Source: the human T2T-CHM13v2.0 reference genome, Homo sapiens. Taken from it: a DNA stretch of 64,000 bases. Where the stretch lies: NCBI RefSeq assembly GCF_009914755.1, contig NC_060948.1, one strand, 5' to 3'. The position numbers were made by a program, and so were the translations under genes. Of this stretch, positions 29,491 through 49,792 are shown in pieces (the first letter of the stretch is position 1; each line of letters begins with the position of its first letter). Below the pieces are notes generated by a model that worked only from the letters and a program-made list of their open reading frames with translations, searched no databases and was not told where the DNA came from.

Positions 29491-32045
29491 TTCCTTTCTG
29501 TTACTGAGCTGGGTTATAGCCACTCCATGGTATGCTTTGATGCATTGTGCTGGAATCCAAAAAGGACCTGAGGGGGTGTGAACATAAGCTTATCCTCTTC
29601 TCAAAGTTAGTAAATCATTTAGACCACACCATGCATTACTATTTACATCTTTCCATAAAACTGCATGTTTTAGGTCTTGAGAGGTTTTAACAAAGTGTTT
29701 TTCTATAGTTGACTGAAATTTATTATTTAAATTTAAGAAACCAAGGGTAAATAATGCTTATGCTAATAGTGTTGCAGGGTCCTTACTCATATTCTCTCAT
29801 TTTTGTTTTTGAGCATATTTTTAAGAGAGGAATGGACATGTTCTACTATAGGCTGTCCTTGGGGGTTATAAAGGATGCCTGTGGAATATTGGGTGTGTCA
29901 CATGAGAAAAATTGTTGAAATTGTGAGCAGGCATAAGCTGGATGCTTAGCAGTTTTAATTTTTGTGGGCCACCCCATAAATGCCAAAGTTAAAAGAAGAT
30001 GTTTAATGACATTGGTTGCAATCTCCTGGAATAACATGTGCGCTAATTAGGTTGATAATTGATATCAATGAATACATATACATATCTAAGTTTTCTAAAT
30101 TCAGGGACATGAGTAACATCTGTTTGCCATAACTGATTAGGTTCTAGTCCCATAGGGTTAACACCTGTTGAAAGAGAGGATGTGCCTGTGATCTAGCAAT
30201 CTGGGCATTGCAGGATAATTTGTTTAAATAGTCTTTGGGTGTGTTGAAATTGTTTAGATAAGTATCTCCAATTTGGTGGAAAAAAAATGATGTGATTGGG
30301 AGGTTTGGTCAAGCAGTGATGCCATAAATTGCAGGTCTGCTTGATCATTGCCATAAGCCAGTGGTCCAAGCAATGAGATGAGGACTCAAATATATGTGAT
30401 AAAAACATGATGTGTACCTTGGTCCAGCAACTGGTGACGTCGAAGAAAAAGTCCAAATATGGTGGGCTCAAGAGTGGACTTAATGAGGGATATCTTAAGG
30501 TTTTGTAATAAGCATTGTGAGCAGAGACACTAACAATATTGATAGGCTGAGCAGAAAATGCTTCTAAGGCCAATATTAGGGCTCCAACCACAGCTTTCTG
30601 AGTGCTAGTAAATCCAGATTGAGTGAGGGAGTTATGCAATTCCCACCCAATAGCTGCTTTTTCACTTTTGCCAGAGCCATCTGTAAAAAGTGTTAAAACG
30701 TTATGTATGGGGGAGTGAATTACTTTGGTAGGCATAACCACAGGATTATGAGATAAGAATTGAAGTAGTATGTTAGCAGGAAGGGAATGTTCTATATGGC
30801 TTGTGTAATCCGTGTGCTAGTTGCAGGTCTAGAGATAAAGGCAAGACTTCCTGGAGTTGCATTTTACTCAAGGAAATTCTTATGACATCAGGGTCATAAC
30901 CTAGCAACTGATTGTATGATCTGTGGCCTGAATAGATGACTTTGCTAACTAGCTGGATATAGGGAGATAATGTTTTAGTCCTGGTATACGAGCAAAAAAA
31001 CCCATTCTAGTAAGTGCAGCTCTGGGGCCATTTGTCATGTTGATATTTTTGGGGAATGCTTAGTAGGAAAAACAATTGGATTGAATATTATGGGTCCATG
31101 CGATCTAGTTGCCTCTGAGAAATGGCTTGCTTTGCTTCCTCAATTTCTCTTTTTGCTTCAGGAATTAAATACCTGGGAGAGGTCAGGGCTGTATTGCCCT
31201 TAAGCATAGAAAATAGGTTTTGTAACTTATCAGTAGTTATGCCTAACATGACACGAAGCCAATTAATATCACCCAGTAATTTTTGGTAATCATTTAAGGC
31301 ATATAAATTGCTAGTATTTAATTTAACATTTTGAGGTCTTACTGACCAGAAAGCTATTATGTATCCAAAATATCTCCAAGGAGAGGACATGTATACTTTT
31401 TTCAGATGCTATGATTAAACTTATTAACTGTGTATTCTTTTGAACAGAGGCATATAAACTTAAAAGTACTGGATCTGTTAGTGGCTCCTGGTAAAATATA
31501 ATCCATAAAATTAATAATCTGGCAATTAGAAAAATCTATTTTACTGGGGAGCAAAGTGTGATTTACATGATACTGACACATGGTAGGACTGTTCAGCAAC
31601 CCTTGAGGTGTGCTTTCCAAGAAATCAGTGAACTGGCCTTCATTATTGATAGCTGGTATTGTAAATGCCAATTTTTCTCTTTCTTTTTCTGCAAGGGGAA
31701 TGGTATAAAATAATCTTTTAAGTAAATAATGACTATAGACTAATTTTGAGGAATCACCACAGGGGAAGGGAGCTCCTGTTGAAGGGGCCCCATAGGTTAC
31801 AGATTAGCATTAGTAGTCCATAGGTCATGTAAAAGTCTCAATTTGCCAGATCTTTTGTGTATGATGAAAATGGGCAAATTCTAAGTGCTGTTTGATGGTC
31901 CTATATGGCTGGCTTTTCATTTCTCCTCAACTAATGTATGGGCTTATTTTAATTTCTCTCCCTTTAAAGGCCACTGCTCTACCTAAATTAGATTTTGAGA
32001 GAGCCATGTTAGGGGTAGGGGAGGAACAACAACAGTGGTCATAAT
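29420..32045 (-). pseudogene. ERV pol remnant (RT, RNase H, integrase)
   Basis: VEQWPLKGEKL, AFTIPAINN, PQGLLNSPTMCQ, degenerate FMDYIL (YMDD), LNDYQKLLGDINWLR, RNase H LFTDGS, integrase CPDC and WQTDVTH (~30110-30130). Confidence 0.9.
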
Positions 32046-32059
32046 TAGAAAAGGGTTTG

Positions 32060-32881
32060 CTGTTCACATTATTCATTAAGTTCTGTCCTCTAGAGGAGGA
32101 ATTACTTGGCATCTAAAGTTGTTTTAGCTAGCACGGACCAGTTCCATGGGGTCATATGGAAGTTGTCTGCTAGGGCTTCAATTAATCCTTTTGTAAATGG
32201 GCTAACAGCCTCGTTGTCTCTAATGCTTTTCCTTATCTCTTTGTAAGCGTCAAAAGAAATATGTTCATATATCTGATTGCCTTGTTGATCTTGCATTACT
32301 AAACAGGCTAAGAGCTTGCTTTTAATGCTGTATGCCTAAGACAGGGTCCAATACCTGTAGTGCATCCCTTGTCTTTTTTCCAGTATATTGTGGGACGGAG
32401 CTCAGGCAAAACCTCTATTTCCTCTTTGGTATTTTTGCCTGGTAATGGTGAGGCTGAGGAATAAGGAGGAGGCAGTAATGTGGGTGACAGTTCCTCCTCC
32501 CTTCCCTTTTTAGGCTCTTCTGTGTAGAGTGAGATGAAAGCAGCCCTAACTAAGGCCCATAACCTTAGAGATTTTACTGGAATTCATTGCCCTTGTGCAT
32601 GATGTTGTCTAAAATTTTTCCTCACTTGTTCCCAGAGCTATAGATCTAGTTCTATAGAAATATAGAACCCCTCTTCTGGAACTTGGAGAGTTCAAGTAGT
32701 ATGTTACTTCAGAACCCCTAGTTCTATAGAACGCCTCTTCTGGAAACCATGGGTTATGGGAAACAACAGTTTGCATTAGGTGCCTTAATTGAGCCTGCAA
32801 AACTGAGACTCTGCTAGCTTTAAACAGCTGTTTCAATAGTTTTATATACTGCTGCCATTGAGCTGATGACTGTTTTCTCAT
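32060..32881 (-). pseudogene. ERV gag remnant (matrix and start of capsid only)
   Basis: QQYIKLLKQL...NPWFPEE (betaretroviral MA) and YEHISFDAYKEIRKSI...SPFTKGLIEALA...TPWNW (CA N-terminus). Confidence 0.85.
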
Positions 32882-33001
32882 GATGAAACCCTTGCCTGAA
32901 CCATTCCTTCAAACTTGGAAATCCTGAGCAGGCACCAATGACTTAATGATTGCACAGTCTCTTACCTTTTTCAAGGGATCCATTGTGATCCTTTGCAGTG
33001 T

Positions 33002-33019
33002 TCCTCACATGGGGCACCA
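33002..33019 (-). promoter_or_regulatory. Primer binding site complementary to elongator tRNA-Met
   Basis: Minus strand TGGTGCCCCATGTGAGGA, 2 nt from the 5' LTR. 17/18 match to the recalled tRNA-Met 3' end TCCTCACACGGGGCACCA; the mismatch is a CpG transition. Confidence 0.85.
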
Positions 33020-33021
33020 TC

Positions 33022-33518
33022 TGCCAAGTCTTCCCTACAGACTCTGGTTGAGCTATGCATGAAAGAAGTACACAGACAGGGATTATGCCTGACAGCGCGG
33101 CTAAGGGACAGCACAACCAAGCACTGCCAATGAGAATGCAGCTGCAGCAGCCTCAATAAGCCAGAGACGCTCACATTTATTTAGTACAGATTTAATGACA
33201 AAGTCCTGGAGCAAACACAATTTATGGGTAATTAACATGTCGACCCACCAAGTAGAGAGCACTCCTGCATTTCAATGATCAAATGTTGGCTTCTGGAGAC
33301 AAAGTAAACCAATTTATCTAGATAACCTCCTTTACATTCCCTTTCTATCTACTTACCCTTTGCCCTAAAGATAATTTTGCTGCCCTAAAAAGAATTTAGC
33401 TGAAGGCAGCTAAATTCTCTTCTGAAGCTTTTGCAAAATCTCTCTGCCTTCCAAGAAGGTTTGTGTCTTTCCCTAAAACTTTTATAACTTTTTCCACCAC
33501 CCTGAATGATCTTCTACA
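33022..33518 (-). repeat. 5' LTR of provirus (LTR22-like)
   Basis: TGCCAAG...TCTACA, adjacent to the PBS and homologous to 27086-27591. Confidence 0.92.
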
Positions 33519-35757
33519 GTTGAGAAAGCTGGCTAGCCATATGCAGAAAGCTGAAACTAGATCCCTTTCTTACACCTTATTCAAAAATTAACTCAAGGTA
33601 TGTTAAAGACTTAAATGTAAGAACTGAAACAATAAAAAACTTAGAAGAAAACCATTTAGGATATAGGCATGGGCAAAGACTTCATGACTAAAAAACAAAA
33701 AGCAACGGCAACAAAAGCCAAAATTGACAAATGGGATCTAATTAAACTAAAGAGCTTCTGTACAGCAAAAGAAACTATCATTAGAGTGAAAAGGCAACCT
33801 ACAGAATGGGAGAAAATTTTTGTAATCCACTCATCTGACAAAGGGCTAAAATCCAGAATCTAAAAGGAAGTTAAACAAACATACAAAAAAAAAAAGCAAC
33901 CCCATCAAAAAGTGGATGAAGGATACAAACAGATGCTTCCCAAAAAAAGACATTTATGCAGCCAATAAACATATGAAAAAAAGCTTATCACCACTGGTTA
34001 TTAGATAAACACAAATCAAATTCACAATGAGATACCATCTCATGCTAGTTAGAATGGCAACTATTAAAAAGTCAGGAAAAAACAGATGTTGGAGAGGATG
34101 TGGAGAAATAGGAATGCTTTTACAATGTTGGGAGTGTAAATTAGTTCAACCATTGTGGAAGGCAGTATGGCAATTCCTCAAGGTTGTAGAACCAAAAATA
34201 CCATTTGACCCAGCAATCTGATTATTATGTATATAGCCAACTTATTATAAATCATTCTACTAAAAAGACACATGCACACTTATGTTTTTGGGACACTGTT
34301 CACAATAGCAAAAACCTGGAACCAACCCAAATGTCCAGCAATGATAGACTGGATAAAGTAAATGTGGCACATATACACCATGGAGTACTATGCAGCCATA
34401 AAAAATGATGAATTCATAGCCTTTGCAGGGACCATGGATGAAGCTGGAAACCATCATTCTCAGCAAACTAACACAGGAACAGAAACCAAACACCACATGT
34501 TCTTACTTGTAAGTGGGATTTGAACAATGAGAACACATGGACACAGGGAGGGGAACATCACACACTGGGACCTGTCAGTGGGTGGGGGACTAGGGAAGGG
34601 ATAGCATTAGGAGAAATACCTAATATAGATGATGGGTTGATGCGTGCAGGAAACCACCAGGGCAAGTTTATACCTATGTAACAAAGCTGTATGTTCTGCA
34701 GTACTTAAAGTATAATTAAAAAAAATAGAAAAAAAAAAGGAAATTAAATAGGAGAAAGAAGTTGTGTGCTTGACATTTTTCCCAAGGATGGAGCTGGGTT
34801 CCACAGTGCATTAGTCACAATGAAATCTAAGCTGGTTGCTCAGAAAGAGACAGAGAAGAGGACATAGGCACCAGAATGGCCCTACCAGAAGTAGTTTGTA
34901 ATTTCAGATGCTTTATTCTTTACCCTACTCTTTGGTTAGAAATGAGACTTGGCTCCTCAAAATTAAATGTTGTATGCAGATTTTTAAGCATATGAGATTC
35001 TTTAGACGTACTTGAATGATTACCATTTGTTCTAGTTAATTCAATCTCATTTTATTTTCTTTCTGATTGGGGTTTAAGTGACCAAGGAATCAGGTTTTAT
35101 GCCTGTTTTCGGATGCTTTTTATTCCTCCCAAGAAATAAAAAAAAAATAAATATTAAAATTATACTCATTTTTTACCTAAGATTGAATTTACTTAATGAC
35201 TTACTATATTTCCATGATAAAAAAAAGTGTGTGTGTATGCATATATATGTGTATGTGTGTGTGTTTGTGTCCTGTAAGTGACTCAACATATGTAAGGGTT
35301 GATAAATTTATCAGGGGCAACAAGAGCAAATTGCTAGTATATATATTAATATAAAATTATTTATGCATGTTTGATGTGTGTAAAATAAATCATTAACATT
35401 TACATATTTAATTTCAGCTTCAAATGATGCACTTATTCAAATAAGACTTGTAATCCCAAATGTTAATGCTTATTATTTTTGCAAAAACCCCATTGAAATT
35501 TAACCATCTTCTTCCTAAATCTGTGGACTGACAGAAAAAAAACCCTGCTCTTTTTATAAAAGTAAACAAGACATTAATTTAATATTAACTTTTAAGTATG
35601 AAATTATAACATTAAAAAATGATTCTATGCCCTCTTAAAATCAGTTTCTGAATATAACTTTTTACTTTGTCCCAATATACAAATAGTTGTGAGTATGTAA
35701 CCATTGTGCTGTGTACATCTTTTTCATGATTGGATGGTCTAAAACCCTAAGTGTTCA

Positions 35758-36052
35758 GGCTGGGTTTGGTGGTTCATGCCTGTAATGCCAGAAATTTGGG
35801 AGGCTGAGTCAGGTGGATCACTTGAGACCAGGAGTTCAAGACCAGCATGGCTAAAATGGTGAAACCCCATCTCTAATAAAACAAAAAATTTCACCCTGCA
35901 TGATGGCACATGACTGTAATCCCAGATACTCAGGAGGTTGAGGGAGGAGAATCACTTGAACCCAGGGGGTGCAGGTTGCAGTGAGCTGACATCACACCCC
36001 TGCACTCCAGCTTGGGCAACAGAGTGAGGCTCCATCTCAAAATAAACAAATA
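35758..36052 (+). mobile_element. Alu (S-type)
   Basis: Dimeric Alu; TSD-like AAAACCCTAAGTGTTCA / AAAACCATAAATGTTCA. Confidence 0.92.
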
Positions 36053-36576
36053 AAAACCATAAATGTTCAATTGTATACATTCTGTAATTGGGCAAAATTT
36101 TTGTCTTATTTAAAATTTATAGTTACTTTTTGAGCAGTCTGACCCTTTGGTAGGATTTATCAGAAGAAGATAGTTTGAATTTTACAGAAATGTTTGCTGA
36201 TGTCTGAAAACCGATTTCACTTGGCTTTATTTTAAGAGCTGACAGATGGGTTTCCTGTATCACAAGATTTTTTTCTGACATTTCTCAAAAATATCAGCAA
36301 GAGGAAGCAAGATATTTAAATAGCAATTTTTAACATCCTTTGAGTCACAAACACCTTGAGTAACTGATCAAAATTACTGGCCTCAATCAGAATAATGAAC
36401 ACATGCATGTTTTCAGAATTTGAGAGGATTTTCCTTGCATACATGGATCACTGGCTAAGAATGTTTCCTTCAGAAAGTAAATTGTTGGAAAGTCAAGCTC
36501 TCTTTTTTAATTTGAGAGGAAAAGTAATTTAAAGAGATAACTATCAGCAAATATTCACAATGAAAGTGGTATGTTA

Positions 36577-37026
<450 letters not shown>

Positions 37027-37454
37027 TCAAAAATAAGAATCTGTCATGTCCTTAGTGTTCATGCAGATGTTATAAGAATAGTAAGCATTTTCAAATATTG
37101 AACTTAATATTTTAAAGGTTATTGTTTCCCAGGTACAAACGGGTACACTGACAACAAAAATTGATTGTTTAATCAGTTTTCCTTGTGAGTAACAGAGTAG
37201 CGATTTATCTTCTGTTGCTGTTGTTAGATTTTAGACTCTCCACCAGGTTCTATTTAAAAGTGTTCAATCACTGGATAAAATACATATTTTAAGTAATATT
37301 GGGGGATTCAATGTTACTTTTGACAATTTTAATTTAATATCCAGTTCCTTGAGTTACTATTTACAATAATTTCTTACAATAATAAAAGTATATACAGCTA
37401 GATGATACAGTTTCAATTGGATAGATCAACATGATGCTAAAAAAGAGTAAGATT

Positions 37455-37709
37455 GGCTTGGCTCAGTGGCTCATGAGTGTAATCCCAGCACTTTGGGAAG
37501 CTAGGTGGCAGATCACTTGAGGTCAGGAGTTTGAGGTCAGCCTGGCTAACACAGTGAAACCCCATCTCTACTAAAAAAAAAAATACAAAAATTAGCTGGA
37601 TGTGGTGGTGGACACCTGTAATCCCAACTATTTGGGAGGCTGAGGCAGAAGAATTGCTTGAAACTAGGAGGCAGATGTTGCAGTGAGCAAAAGATGGAGC
37701 CACTGCACT
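37455..37709 (+). mobile_element. Alu (S-type) lacking its 3' end and tail
   Basis: Alu sequence stops at CCACTGCACT and abuts old L1M-like 3' sequence. Confidence 0.88.
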
Positions 37710-39407
37710 GAGATGTTTTATATGTTGTTCTTTGTGATGCTTACTTGGTTACATCAGTTTTTTTTTTTACCAAAGTGCATTAAGCTGCATAATTATGGGG
37801 TATACAGTCTTTCCTGTATACATTTTAACTTAGTCACTATTTGTAAAGACAATAAGCTAAGTTTCACCACTGATAACATATATCTCTAAAAGGAACAATT
37901 TTACAGGATTTTCATAGGGCTTATGCAATACATTTTATGTATCAAATAATATTCTGTGGGATTAGTGTGCCTGACAACACAATCTATGAAACTGTCATTT
38001 ACATGGTATTTAGTATTTAAAGACAACATCAAATTATAACCCATTTGTTAAAATGAATGTTTCCCTTTGAAATGATTAGACTTTGAAAAACTGCCTTAGG
38101 TGGCATATCTCACTGTTAAGTGATTCCAAATGACACATTACTACAGAAAGTTAAAGTGGATATTTTGAATTTCACTGTTAGAAACATAAAACTAATTCTC
38201 AAGAGTAAATATCAGTGAATGGAACTAATTAAAAGATACTATAACATTTGTTTATTTTCTTCATATATATTTTTAACAGGCATACATAATAAACTGAAAT
38301 TTTTTTCTAAATCCAGTTTCTTATGTTCTAAATGATGCTAAGAAAATACTTTTTAAGTTTATTTTTCTGTCTTAAAATTTATTAGAACCATCACACACTC
38401 CAGCACACTAGTGAACACTAGAGAACCTACTAATTTTTCAGATAAACTCTCATAAGTGCACACATAGAAATGAGTGATACAATAGCTGTGAAAAATAATA
38501 TTGCTAAGCTAATCTAATTATCTTACCTATAAAACAATGATAGGCTAGGGAAGAAAGTCACTTACTATTTGTTAGATATCTTCAATAATGTCAATTATTT
38601 GGGGGAACAGAATATAAAACTTTCAACTCATTAGAAAAAACATAACCTTGAGGATTTCCTGAGTGTATTTTAAAAATGAGAATTCATGCTCTTATGGGGT
38701 GAATTGATAGTGATTCATTTTTAAGCACATTCATTTCATGCAAATTTATGAGGGTGCATTTTTCCTCCTTATACTCTTGGTAGGTACTAAATCTGCAAAC
38801 TTCAACACTTCTAAAGGAGAATGAATTGTTTTGCTACACATTCTAAGCAAAGGAATGTTGAATAAGATTTTGACAGATCCTTTTAACGAAGTGATTTTAA
38901 TTTCTATATTAATACAATAAAATATAGAAAGCTAACATAACTTGAATAAAAATGGTTAACAACTTAAGGGAATTTGAAGCTACAATTGAACTTGTTTCCA
39001 TGAATTGCCATTAATCAATTTGCTCTATCCCTTGCCTATGAGCTAAAACAATAAACCATAGTTGTTATTTCTGTTTTTGTTCCTCACTACTAAAACTAAC
39101 AGAAGAGCAAGCCAATAGATAAAATAATATATATTATAAATCACTTGGAGAAAAATATAACCCATTGGAGAATGGAAACGTCCTTCAAATATTCATAAGG
39201 TTCAAATGGATTTTTTGCCTGTTTGCATGCTAACTCTCATCTGAACATCTCAAGTGCATTGTCAACTTTCATTTTAAATAGAATTTGTGCATGATATTAA
39301 ACCAGTTACTTCTCTGTTTTACTGTTTTTTCTTTCATTGCTTTGCGTTTGAGAGTGGAAATTTTTTTCCAGGTTTTATACAAAGATCTGAGATGTTGGAT
39401 CAATATA

Positions 39408-39890
39408 TATGTATTTTTTGAGACGTAACTTACATACAAAAAATGCATAAATTCAAAGGACTGTTTTTGATGATTTTCATCTATTGTATACATCCATATG
39501 ACAATGAACCAATTTAGGATACAGAACTTTTTCATTACTTTAGAAAATCACCCCATCTAACCATTCTCCACCAACTAACTCTTCAACAGAGGGATGTTTT
39601 CCTAACTTCTATTGCCCTGAAAATGTTTTTTCCTGTTCTTGTGTTCCTTAATAATAAGAAAATATGACATGTATCTCTGTAGATTTTTAACTCAATAAAA
39701 CACTTTTGAGATTCATCATGATGTTGTCTTTGTCAGTAACGTATTCATTTTTATTGCAGTTCTGTATTCCCTTGAACAAATACATCACAGTTTCTCTTTT
39801 TTTTCCAGATGTTGGGCATTTGGGTTTTTTCCAGGTTTTGACTCTTCTATAAAGATTTGTATATCTTTGTAGAACATATTTCACATAGGT
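39408..39890 (-). mobile_element. Ancient L1M (ME/MC-like) 3' fragment
   Basis: TTTTGAGATTCATCATGATGTTG and GATGTTGGGCATTTGGGTTTTTTCCAG. ORF 39687..39884 (KTWKKPKCPT) resembles the ORF2 C-terminus. Confidence 0.7.
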
Positions 39891-40788
39891 AATCTTCTGT
39901 AATTCCTTTTGTGATTTTTTTTCCTATGACCACACACTTAATATATACATATACTTTAAGTTGTGGGATACATGTGCAGAACGTGCAGGTTTGTTACATA
40001 GGTATACACGGGCCATGGTGGTTTGCTGCACGTATCAACCTGTCATCTACATCAGGTATTTCTCCTAATGCTATCCCTCTTCTAACCCCGCAGCCCTCAA
40101 CATGCCACTGTGTGTGATGTTCCCCTCCCTGTGCCCATATGTTCTCATTGTTCATGTCCCACTTATGAGTGAGAATATGTGGTGTTTGGTTTTCTGTTCC
40201 TGTGTTAGTTGGCTGAGAATGATGGTTTCCAGCTTCAGCCATGTCCCTGCAAAAGACATAACTCATCCTTTTTTATGGCTACAGAGTATTTCATAGTGTG
40301 TATGTGCCACACTTTCTTTATCGAGTCTATCACTGAGGGCAATTGGATTGGTTACAAGTCTATGCTATTGTGAATAGTATGGCAGGAAACATACATGTAC
40401 ATGTGTCTTTATAGTAGCATAATTTATAATCCTTTGGGTATATACCCAGTAATGTGATTGCTGGGTCAAATGATATTTCCGGCTCTTGATCCTTGAGGCA
40501 TCACCACACTGTTTTTCCACAATGGTTGAACTAACTTACACTCCCACCAACAGTATAAAAGCATTCATATTTCTCCACATGCTCTCCAGCATCTGTTGTT
40601 TCCTGACATTTTATTGATTGTCATTCTAACTGGTAGGAGATTGTAACTCATTGTGATTTTGATTTTTGTTTCTCTAATGATCAGTAATGATGAGCTATTT
40701 TTCATAGGTTTGTAAGCCACATAAATGTCTTTCTTTGAGAAGTGTCTGTTGCTATCCTTTGTCCACTTTTTGATTTTTTTAAGGTTAC

Positions 40789-47240
<6,452 letters not shown>

Positions 47241-49792
47241 GTAGGTTACAAAAAGATGTCTTTTTTTCTTGTACATTTGTTTCAGTCCTTGTAGATTCTG
47301 GATATTAGCCCTTCACCAGATAGATTGCAAAAATTTTCTCCCATTCTCTAGATTGCCTGTTGACTCTGATGATAGTTTCTTTTGCAGTGCAGAAGCTCTT
47401 TAGTTTAATTAGATACGATTTGTCAATTTTGGCTTTTGTTACCATTTCTTTTGGTGTTTTAGTCATCAAATCTGTGCCCATGACTATATACTCAATAGTA
47501 TTGCCTAGGGTTTCTTCTAGGTTTTTTATGGTTTTCAGTCTTATGTTTTAGTCTTTATCCATCTTGAATTAACTTTTGTATAAGGTGTAAAGAAGGGGTC
47601 CGGTTTCAGTTTTCTGAATATGGCTAGCCAGTTTTCCAAGCACCATTTATTAAATAGGAGTCCTTTTTTCATTGCTTGTGTTTGTCAGGTTTGTCAAAGA
47701 TTGATGGTCTTCGTTGTGTGGTGTTATGTCTGAGGCCTCTGTTCTGTTCCATTGTTCTATATATCTGTTTGATGTCACTACCATGCTGTTTTCATTACTA
47801 TAGACTTGTAGTGTAGTATGAAGTTAGGTAGTGTGATACCTCCAGTTTTTTACATTTCCTTAGGATTGTCTTGACTACACCCATCTTTTTTGGTTCCATA
47901 AGAAATTTAAGATAGTTTTTTTCAAATTCTGTGAATTGGTGTATAGGAATGCTTGTGATTTTTGCATATTGATTTTGTACCCTGAGAGTTTGCTGAAGTT
48001 GCTTATCAGCTAAAGGGGATTTTGGACTGAGAAGATGGAGTTTTCTAAATACACAATCATGTCATCTGCAAACAGGAAAAATTTGACTTCCTCTCTTCTT
48101 AGTTGAATATCCTTTATTTATTTCTCTTGCTTGATTGCTCTAGCCAGAACTCCCAATTCTGTGAATAGCTGTGGTTAGAGAGGGCATCTTTGTCTTGTGC
48201 CAGTTTTCAAAGGGAATGCAGTATTTTCCCATTCAGTATGATATTTTCCCACTCAGTATGGTATGTGGTTTTTGTCATAAATCTTTCTCATTATTTTGAG
48301 ATATGTTCTGTCAATATGTAGTTTATTGAGAGTTTTTAGTATGAATTGGTGTTGGATTTTATAGAAGGCCTCTTCTGCATTCATTGAGATAATTGTGTCT
48401 TCTTTTGTCATTGGTTCTGATTATTTGATGGATTACATTTATTGATATGCATATGCTGAACCAGCCTTGCATCCCAGAGATGAAGCTGACTTGATCATGA
48501 TGGATAAACTTTTTGATGTGCTACTGGATTCGGTTTGCCAGTATTTTATTGAGGATTTTCACCTCAATGTTTATTAATGATAATGGCCTGAAATATTGTC
48601 TTTTTGTTGTGTCTCTGCCAGGTTTTGGTATTAGGATGATGTGGGCCTCATAAAATCAGTTAGGGAGGAGTCCCTATTTTATATTGTCTGGAATAGTTTC
48701 AGAAATAATGGCACCAGCCCCTCTTTGTACCTCTGGTAGAATTCAGCTATGAATCCCTCTGGTTGTTGGGCTATTAATAACTGCCTCAATTTCAAAACTT
48801 GTTATTGCTCATTCAGGGATTTGATTTCTTCCTAATTTAGTCTTGGGAGTATGTGTATGTGTCCAGAAATTTATCCATTTCTTGTAGATTTTCTAGTTTA
48901 TTTGCATAGAGGTGTTTATAGTATTTTCTGATGGTAGTTTGTATTTCTGTGGGATCATTGGTGATATCTCCTTGATCATTTTTATTGTGTCTATTTGAAT
49001 CTTCTTGCTTTTCTTCTTTATTAATCTGGCTAGTCATCAATTTTGTTAATCTTTTAAAAAAACTGGCTTCTGGATTCATTGATATTTTAAGGGGTTTCTC
49101 GTGTCTCTCTCTCCTTCAGTTCTGCTCTAATATTACTTATTTCTTGTCTTCTGCTAGCTTTTGAGTGTGTTTGCTCTTGCTTCTCTAGTTCTTTTAATTG
49201 TGATGTCAGGGTGTCAATTTTAGATATTTCTTGCTTTCTCCTGTGGGCATTTTGTGGTATAAATTTGCCTCTAAACACTGCTTTAGTTGTGTCCCAGAGA
49301 TTCTGGTATGTTCTCTTTATTCTCAATGGTTTCAAATAACATCTTTATTCCTGCCTTCATTTTGTTATATACCCAGCAGTCATTCAGGAGTAGGTTGTTC
49401 AGCTTCCATTTATTTGTGTGGTTTTGAGTGAGTTTCTTAATCCTGAGTTCTAATTTGATTGCACTTTTGTCTGAGAGACTGCTTTTTATGATTTCTATTG
49501 TTTTGCATTTGCTGAGGATTGTTTTACTTCTAATTATGCTGTCAATTTTAGAATAAGTTTGATGTGGTGCTGAGAAGAATGTATATTGTGTTGATTTGGG
49601 GTGTAGAGTTCTGTATATGTCTATTAGATGTGCTGGGTCCAGAGCACCTTGAAATCCTTGTTAATTTTCTGTTTCATTGATCTGTCTAATATTGACAGTG
49701 CGGTGTTAAAGTCTCCCAGTATTATCGTGTGGGAGTCTAACTAACCACTGAGGTTTTAAAAATTATCTTAACTTTAAAAATATGTAGGGCTT

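Larger units (their letters stand above)
27086..33518 (-). mobile_element. Betaretrovirus-like endogenous provirus, HERV-K(HML-5)/HERVK22-LTR22 type, internally deleted
   Basis: Two ~500-bp TG...CA LTRs; 6-bp TSD GTTGAA (27080-27085) / GTTGAG (33519-33524); tRNA-Met PBS; PPT; gag, pol and env remnants on the minus strand. Confidence 0.9.

Noticed and set aside
27086-33518. HERV-K(HML-2) or a coding-competent/exapted env
   Set aside because: The LTRs are ~500 bp and highly diverged, the PBS is Met-type, and gag, pol and env are all broken into short frames.
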